DNA from: an uncultured Acidobacteriota bacterium
Lineage (GTDB): Bacteria > Acidobacteriota > Terriglobia > Terriglobales > Acidobacteriaceae
Length of the DNA stretch: 32,000 bases
Assembly (NCBI GenBank): GCA_963696025.1
Contig: CAVOII010000009.1
Span: 170,561 to 202,560, forward strand
Direction: 5' to 3'
Shown: piece after piece, positions 26,642-32,000 of the stretch
Layout of the letters: each line of letters opens with the position of its first letter
Position numbering within the stretch: the first letter of the stretch is position 1
Translations under genes and position numbers: made by a program
Notes under the pieces: generated by a model
Database searches by the model: none
Told to the model about the DNA's origin: nothing
Seen by the model: the letters and a program-made list of their open reading frames with translations, nothing else

Positions 26642-28585
26642 ATGCCCCAAACCATCGTTGAAAAAATCGCACAGACTCATCTCGCTGAAGGACCGAAACG
26701 CCCACTGCGCACGGGGGACTTCGTCTCGATCCGCCCGCGTCATGTGATGACTCACGACAACACCTCGGCCGTGATGAGCAAGTTCAAAGGTATCGGCGCC
26801 AAAAAGATTCATGATCCAAAGCAGCTGGTCTTCGCACTCGATCACGACATCCAGAACAAGGACGAAGCCAATCAGGAGAAATATCGCGCTATTGAGGCGT
26901 TTGCCAAGGAACACGGAATCGACTTCTATCCTGCGGGCTCAGGCATCGGCCATCAGATCATGGTCGAGCGCGGCTACGTCGTTCCGGGATCCTTCGTGGT
27001 CGCGTCCGATTCGCATTCCAATATGTACGGTGCCTTGGGTGCAATCGGCACCCCAATTGTCCGCACAGATGCTGCCGCCGCCTGGGCCACCGGCGAATTC
27101 TGGTGGCAGATTCCGCGCTCGATTGAAGTGGTGCTGGAAGGCGAGTTGCCGGCAGGCGCAACTGGAAAAGATGTCATCATCACGCTGTGCGGACTCTACA
27201 ACCACGACGAAGTGCTGAATGCCGCAGTCGAATTCAGCGGTCTCGGCGTCACCAGCCTTTCCATGGACGCACGTCTCACGATTTCCAACATGACCACCGA
27301 GTGGGGACCGCTCGTAGGCTGGTTTCCGGTGGATAAGATCACAATCGATTACCTGAAAGGCGTTCATCAGCGTCTCAAGGCTACAGGAGTCGAGCGCTTT
27401 TCAGAAAACGATATCGAGAACTGGACCAGGAATCCACCCCGACCGGATGCCAGTGCCGAATACGCGGCCCGAATCGTGCTCGACCTCAGCCAAGTCACGC
27501 CGTATGTATCCGGACCCGATACAGTGCAGGTGATGGCGTCACTGGCCGAAATGCAAAGGAAAAAAGTCGCGATACAAAAAGCCTATCTGCTTTCCTGTGT
27601 CAACTCGCGACTGGAAGACCTCGAAGCTGCCGCAAGCGTTGTGAAGGGTAAGAAAGTCGCCGCGGGCGTTAAATTGTATCTCGGTGCCGCCAGCAAATGG
27701 GTACAGGAGGAAGCCGAGAAGCGCGGTACTTGGAAGACGCTACTCGATGCCGGCGCGCGTCCGCTGCCCGCAGGTTGCGGGCCCTGCATCGGCCTGGGCG
27801 TCGGACTGCTCGAGCCCGGCGAAGTCGGAATCTCTGCCACCAATCGCAATTTCAAAGGACGCATGGGATCGCGCGACGCCCAATGTTATCTCGCCAGCCC
27901 GGAAGTCGTCGCCGCGTCTGCCATCGCCGGCTACATTCGCGGGCCACACGAGATGGCAGATCGCACGCCCGCTCGCAACTACGCCGAATTCGCCAGCGGA
28001 GCAGTCGCGGAAACAGTTGATATCCTGCTCGGTTTTCCCCAACGGATGCGCGGGCGGCTGGTGCTGCTGCCGCAGGACAACGTCAACACCGATGCCATCT
28101 ACGGAAAGGACTACACCTACCGCGATGATGTGACGCCGGAAATGATGGCAAAAGTCATCATGGAGAATTACGATCCGCAGTTTTCCGCACGCGTCCAATC
28201 GGGCGATGTCCTTGTCAGCGGCTTCAACTTCGGCACCGGATCGAGCCGGGAGCAGGCGGTTACCGCCCTGAAGGCCAAGGGCATACCGCTGGTGATCGCG
28301 GCCAGCTTTTCCCAGACCTATCTGCGCAACGCGTTTAACAATGGATTTCTTTGCCTGGAAGTCCCCGATCTAGTGAAGCGGTTGCGCGAGCAATTCGCGA
28401 AGGGAATTGCCGCAAAAGAAAGAACTATTATTCCCGGAGATGAAATTGACATCGATTTCACCTCAGGTGTGGTCCACTGGCGTGGCGAGAAGTTTGCGTT
28501 TCCACCGTTGGGCAGTGTGCCGCAATCACTGGTGATCGCCGAAGGCGTAGAGAATCTGGTGGCCAAGCGGCTGGGGCTGAGTTGA
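26642..28585 (+). CDS. Aconitase-superfamily hydro-lyase with fused large and small (swivel) domains (homoaconitase/isopropylmalate-isomerase-like)
   Basis: SDSHSNMYGALG, ISNMTTEWG, SCVNSRLEDL, AGCGPCIGLG, ATNRNFKGRMGS (Fe-S ligands and active site). C-terminal LeuD-like VNTDAIYGK and GFNFGTGSSREQA. Confidence 0.85.
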   Translation: MPQTIVEKIAQTHLAEGPKRPLRTGDFVSIRPRHVMTHDNTSAVMSKFKGIGAKKIHDPKQLVFALDHDIQNKDEANQEKYRAIEAFAKEHGIDFYPAGSGIGHQIMVERGYVVPGSFVVASDSHSNMYGALGAIGTPIVRTDAAAAWATGEFWWQIPRSIEVVLEGELPAGATGKDVIITLCGLYNHDEVLNAAVEFSGLGVTSLSMDARLTISNMTTEWGPLVGWFPVDKITIDYLKGVHQRLKATGVERFSENDIENWTRNPPRPDASAEYAARIVLDLSQVTPYVSGPDTVQVMASLAEMQRKKVAIQKAYLLSCVNSRLEDLEAAASVVKGKKVAAGVKLYLGAASKWVQEEAEKRGTWKTLLDAGARPLPAGCGPCIGLGVGLLEPGEVGISATNRNFKGRMGSRDAQCYLASPEVVAASAIAGYIRGPHEMADRTPARNYAEFASGAVAETVDILLGFPQRMRGRLVLLPQDNVNTDAIYGKDYTYRDDVTPEMMAKVIMENYDPQFSARVQSGDVLVSGFNFGTGSSREQAVTALKAKGIPLVIAASFSQTYLRNAFNNGFLCLEVPDLVKRLREQFAKGIAAKERTIIPGDEIDIDFTSGVVHWRGEKFAFPPLGSVPQSLVIAEGVENLVAKRLGLS

Positions 28586-28642
28586 GGCCTCTGCGTTCTC
28601 GGCGTCCTCTGCGGTTCAAGATTTTGATTTATAGGAGAGTGA

Positions 28643-29824
28643 ATGGCGAAACATACCGTAGTGTCGATGCCTGGCGATGGAATCGGCCATCAAGTTCTAC
28701 CCGAAGCCGTTCGAGTGTTGAACGCAGTCGGATTTGACGCGGAATACCTTCACGCCGACATTGGCTGGGAATGCTGGAGCAACGAAGGCAACGCCCTTCC
28801 GCAACGCACCATCGACTTGCTCGCCAAGCATAAGTTGGGACTCTTCGGCGCCATCACCTCAAAGCCAAACAAAGAAGCGCAGGCCGAACTCAAACCGGAG
28901 TTGCGGGGCAAGGTTTACTACAGCCCGATCGTCACCATGCGGCAGAAGTTCAATCTGGATATCTGCATGCGCCCTTGCGTCGGCTTTATCGGCAATCCGT
29001 TGAATTACATTCGCAAGCGCGTGGATGGCGGCTTCGACGAGCCCCGCATTGACACCACGGTTTTTCGTCAGAATACCGAGGGCATGTATGCCGGAGTAGA
29101 GTGGACGAATCCTCCGGAGAACGTGCGCGCGGCTCTGAATACGCACCCGCGGTTCAAAGCTTTCGCCAACGTAGCTCCCGCAGATCTAGCCGTGAGCGTG
29201 CGAATCATTACACGGCCAGCCGCACGCCGCATCGTCACCGCCGCGTTCGAATATGCCAACAAGCGCGGCTTCAAAGGCGTAACTATCTGTGAAAAACCTA
29301 ATGTGGTGCGCGAGACTTCCGGGATGATGGAAGAGACGGCCAAGGAAGTGGCGAAGAATTATCCCGGAATTGCCTTGTGGTCTACCAACATTGACGCGCA
29401 GTTGATGTGGCTGAACAAGAATCCGGAAGACTACAACGTGATCGTTGCGTCGAACTTGTTCGGCGACATTTTGTCAGACGCATTTGCGGGATTGGTCGGC
29501 GGCTTGGGCTTCGCCGCCTCTGGCAATATCGGAGACGAAGTCGCGGTGTTCGAGCCGACACACGGCTCGGCCCCGAAATATGCAGAATTGAATCCGCCGA
29601 TTGTGAATCCGATTGCGATGATTCTGACAGCCGCCATGATGCTCGATCACATCGGAGAGGGCCCGAAGGCTGATCGGATCCGCAAAGCCATCGCCGATGT
29701 GGTCAAAGAGGGAAAAGTGCGCACCTACGACATGATGCGTATTTCGGGTGGCGCGAAGTCGATCAGCCAGGGGGCAGCCTCGACGATTCAGATGACGGAC
29801 ACGATATTGGCGAAGCTGAAGTAG
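28643..29824 (+). CDS. Isocitrate/isopropylmalate dehydrogenase-family beta-decarboxylating dehydrogenase
   Basis: RBS AGGAGA upstream. MPGDGIGHQV, FRQNTEGMYAG, SNLFGDILSD, FEPTHGSAPKYA. Confidence 0.85.
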   Translation: MAKHTVVSMPGDGIGHQVLPEAVRVLNAVGFDAEYLHADIGWECWSNEGNALPQRTIDLLAKHKLGLFGAITSKPNKEAQAELKPELRGKVYYSPIVTMRQKFNLDICMRPCVGFIGNPLNYIRKRVDGGFDEPRIDTTVFRQNTEGMYAGVEWTNPPENVRAALNTHPRFKAFANVAPADLAVSVRIITRPAARRIVTAAFEYANKRGFKGVTICEKPNVVRETSGMMEETAKEVAKNYPGIALWSTNIDAQLMWLNKNPEDYNVIVASNLFGDILSDAFAGLVGGLGFAASGNIGDEVAVFEPTHGSAPKYAELNPPIVNPIAMILTAAMMLDHIGEGPKADRIRKAIADVVKEGKVRTYDMMRISGGAKSISQGAASTIQMTDTILAKLK

Positions 29825-29871
29825 TGGCTGATAAGAATGCTTGTCTTGCTGAAGATGAGAAGGTTCGTGCA

Positions 29872-31101
29872 ATGGCTCCTTCCCACGAAATTACGATAGC
29901 GCATTCTGCCGAAGCGGGACACTGGGGCAAGGACGTGCGCTCGGATGTGCACGTCACCATCGAACCACGTGATCGTGGCGGCCTGGAGATCACGATGGAA
30001 TCCCGGGTCAAGCCCTATTACGGCGATTCGATCCTCGCGCAGACTCGACAGGTTTTGGAGTCGCTGGGCGTCAAGCACGCGCGGGTTGCAGTGCACGACG
30101 AGGGTGCGTTGCCTTTCGTAATTTCGGCGCGAATCGAGACGGCGGTCAAGCGTGCCGGTCTCGGGAGCGGCCAAAAGGCGCTACCGGATGCCGTCCCTGT
30201 GCCTGCACCCTCACCGCGCGACCGGCTGCGACGCTCACGTTTGTATCTGCCAGGTTCGGAGCCGAAATATTTCATCAATGCCGGTCTTCACGGCCCAGAT
30301 GCAATCATTCTCGATCTTGAGGATTCGGTTCATCTCGGTGAAAAAGACGCGGCCCGCATCCTGGCGCGGAACGCGTTGCGTGCGGTTGATTTTGGCGCTT
30401 GCGAGCGCATGGTCCGCATCAACCAGTTGCCCATGGCACTGGAAGACCTTGCCGAAATCATTCCCGAGGCGCCTGACTTGGTGCTGATCCCAAAGACTGA
30501 ACACTCGCTGCAGGTGACGGAAGTGGAACGAATGATCAACGAACTCAGGGCTCGCCACAGCGTCAATCGCACTATCTGGCTGATGCCGATTCTGGAATCG
30601 GCGCTGGGAATTGAAAATGCTTTTGCTATCGCGACTGCCAGTCCCAACGTGGCCGCGCTGACCATTGGGCTTGAAGACTACACCGATGACCTGGGCGTGG
30701 CCAAGACGCTGGAAGGAAAAGAGTCTCTCTACGCGCGTACGCGCCTGGTCAATGCCGCTACGGCCGCGGGTATCCAGGCGATCGATTCAGTCTTCGGCGA
30801 TGTGAGCGACTTGGATGGCCTCCGGCGCTGGGCAGAAAACTCGCGGGCGTTGGGATTCGAAGGCATGGGCTGCATTCATCCGTCGCAAATTCCTGTAGTT
30901 CATGCGGCATTCACACCGTCGCAGGCGGAGATCGATCGGGCATTGAAAATTGTCGCTGCATTCGAGGAAGCCCAGCAACGTGGCCTGGGTGTGGTTAGTT
31001 TGGGCTCGAAGATGATTGATCCGCCGGTTGTGGAGCGCGCCCAAAAGCTGGTGACACGGGCGCGACAAATGGGTCTCTCTGTCATGCTGAGCGGAGAGTG
31101 A
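29872..31101 (+). CDS. Fusion of citrate-lyase acyl carrier protein (gamma, CitD-like) and citrate (citryl-ACP) lyase beta subunit (CitE-like)
   Basis: N-terminal ~100 aa: AEAGHWGKDVRSDVHVTIEP ... VAVHDEGALPFVISARIETAVKRA (CitD-like, with Ser at the prosthetic-group position). The rest: RRSRLYLPGSEPKY, AIILDLEDSV, LIPKTE, ILESALGIENA, LTIGLEDYTDDLG, GFEGMGCIHPSQI, GVVSLGSKMIDPPV (CitE). An alternative GTG start at 29824 overlaps the upstream stop. Confidence 0.8.
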   Translation: MAPSHEITIAHSAEAGHWGKDVRSDVHVTIEPRDRGGLEITMESRVKPYYGDSILAQTRQVLESLGVKHARVAVHDEGALPFVISARIETAVKRAGLGSGQKALPDAVPVPAPSPRDRLRRSRLYLPGSEPKYFINAGLHGPDAIILDLEDSVHLGEKDAARILARNALRAVDFGACERMVRINQLPMALEDLAEIIPEAPDLVLIPKTEHSLQVTEVERMINELRARHSVNRTIWLMPILESALGIENAFAIATASPNVAALTIGLEDYTDDLGVAKTLEGKESLYARTRLVNAATAAGIQAIDSVFGDVSDLDGLRRWAENSRALGFEGMGCIHPSQIPVVHAAFTPSQAEIDRALKIVAAFEEAQQRGLGVVSLGSKMIDPPVVERAQKLVTRARQMGLSVMLSGE

Positions 31102-31205
31102 GTCTCGCACTGCGAAACTCACTCGCAGTCGAAGCATCCCTACTTGGCAACGTACGAAGGCAGACGTAGGGATCCTTCGCCTGTCTGTCGTTTCTCGCGA
31201 AACGA
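31081..31205. repeat. REP-like element overlapping the 3' end of the citD-citE fusion gene and filling the gap to citF
   Basis: GTCATGCTGAGCG (31081-31093), GCAGTCGAAGCATCC (31125-31139). Hairpin ATCCCTAC/GTAGGGAT (31136-31143 with 31166-31173) and CGTTTC-TCGC-GAAACG (31188-31203). Confidence 0.6.
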
Positions 31206-31224
31206 TCAACGAAAAGACAACAAT

Positions 31225-32000
31225 ATGAGCGATCGCATTGAGATGGTACAGAACGCCGCCAAGCGCATGGTTCCCGCCATGGTTAACGGCAGACCTCAGA
31301 TTCCTTACCTGGGCGTTGCCAAGTACCAGGCTCGCGGACGCAAAGCTGCGCCGCCTGTGCGTTCGAGCAAAGATTATCCAGAGAATGGCGACCAGCGCGT
31401 CGCCGACCTCGACACTGCTCTGCGCAAGTGTGGCCTGCGCGACGGCATGGTGATCTCCAGTCATCATCATTTGCGCGATGGTGACCGCGTGGCCTTGCTC
31501 GCGCTCGAAGCCGCGGCAAAAATCGGCGTGAAGGACCTGATGTGGTTCCCCAGCGCCTCCTTCCCCTCCCAGAAGGCAGCGATTGATCTGATGCAGTCGG
31601 GAGTAATTCATCACATCGAAGGCTCGATGAATGGTCCGCTCGGCGATTACTGCACTCAGGGCAAAATGCGTGGCATGGGAGTTCTTCGGTCGCACGGCGG
31701 GCGCTGGCAGGCCATCCAGGACGGCGAAGTTCACATTGATATCGCGGTAATAGCCGCTCCCACGGCCGACGCGTTTGGCAATGCCGATGGGTCGCATGGC
31801 AAGTCTGCGTGCGGATCGCTCGGCTTTGCGCTGGCAGACTCCATCTATGCCGACTACGTCATCGTGGTCACCGACAACCTGGTTCCATTCCCTTGCATTC
31901 CCTGGCAGATCCAGGGCAACAACGTGGACTACGTTGTGGAAGTCGAATCGATTGGTGATCCGGCAAAGATCGTCTCTGGGACCACGCAGATTACGCGTTC
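31225..32000 (+). CDS. citF: Citrate lyase alpha subunit (citrate CoA/ACP-transferase, CitF-like), 5' part; runs off the window end
   Basis: This ORF has no stop inside the window, so it is absent from the supplied track. My translation reads MSDRIEMVQNAAKRMVPAMVNGRPQIPYLG...DGMVISSHHHLRDGDRVAL...IHHIEGSMNGPLG...LRSHGGRWQAIQDGEVHIDIAVIAAPTADAFGNADG...SACGSLGFA, colinear with CitF. Confidence 0.8.
   Translation, partial: MSDRIEMVQNAAKRMVPAMVNGRPQIPYLGVAKYQARGRKAAPPVRSSKDYPENGDQRVADLDTALRKCGLRDGMVISSHHHLRDGDRVALLALEAAAKIGVKDLMWFPSASFPSQKAAIDLMQSGVIHHIEGSMNGPLGDYCTQGKMRGMGVLRSHGGRWQAIQDGEVHIDIAVIAAPTADAFGNADGSHGKSACGSLGFALADSIYADYVIVVTDNLVPFPCIPWQIQGNNVDYVVEVESIGDPAKIVSGTTQITR

Noticed and set aside
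1-32000. Mobile element, prophage, defence island or horizontally acquired segment
   Set aside because: I saw no transposase, integrase, recombinase, tRNA attachment site, terminal inverted repeats or flanking direct repeats. I also saw no recognisable restriction, Cas, retron RT or toxin domains, and no obvious block of deviant base composition. The only AT-rich patches are short promoter-like intergenic segments.

Overview
High-GC bacterial chromosomal window. It is most consistent with an Acidobacteriota (Terriglobia-like) genome. That inference rests on three eukaryotic-type Ser/Thr kinases, a ~1120-aa CarboxypepD_reg-type TonB-dependent receptor, and several intergenic REP-like elements of the kind that translate to 'VILSEAK' or 'GTAxAVP' strings. 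I call 25 protein-coding genes, two of them truncated by the window edges. I saw no rRNA, tRNA, CRISPR array, transposase, integrase or phage genes. All product calls come from motif recognition by eye; no database search or folding program was run. 1-15.2 kb holds housekeeping and sensory genes: a BamA-like N-terminus with a broken frame, a COG0701 permease, a class-III aminotransferase, MOSC and GAF proteins, a kinase-TPR protein, an ECF sigma factor translationally coupled to a kinase, rpiA, an M19 dipeptidase, a PPOX-family protein and a DUF62 SAM hydrolase with a signal peptide. 15.4-24 kb holds the TonB-dependent receptor, a purine nucleoside phosphorylase, an ~840-nt gene-free gap, and a kinase/beta-propeller gene followed by a secreted Ig-like gene. 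24.3-32 kb holds a co-directional metabolic string: HD-domain protein, MmgE/PrpD protein, fused aconitase-family protein, IDH/IPMDH-family protein, a CitD-CitE fusion and CitF. Three things deserve a second look. (1) The metabolic string combines an ACP-dependent citrate-lyase-type enzyme with the isomerase and dehydrogenase steps of a 2-oxoacid elongation module. (2) The 19.76-20.59 kb gap contains an orphan intrinsic terminator and a candidate ~330-nt structured RNA built from two diverged tandem modules, with one compensatory stem change. (3) A strong orphan terminator sits in a candidate leader or sRNA just upstream of the metabolic string.
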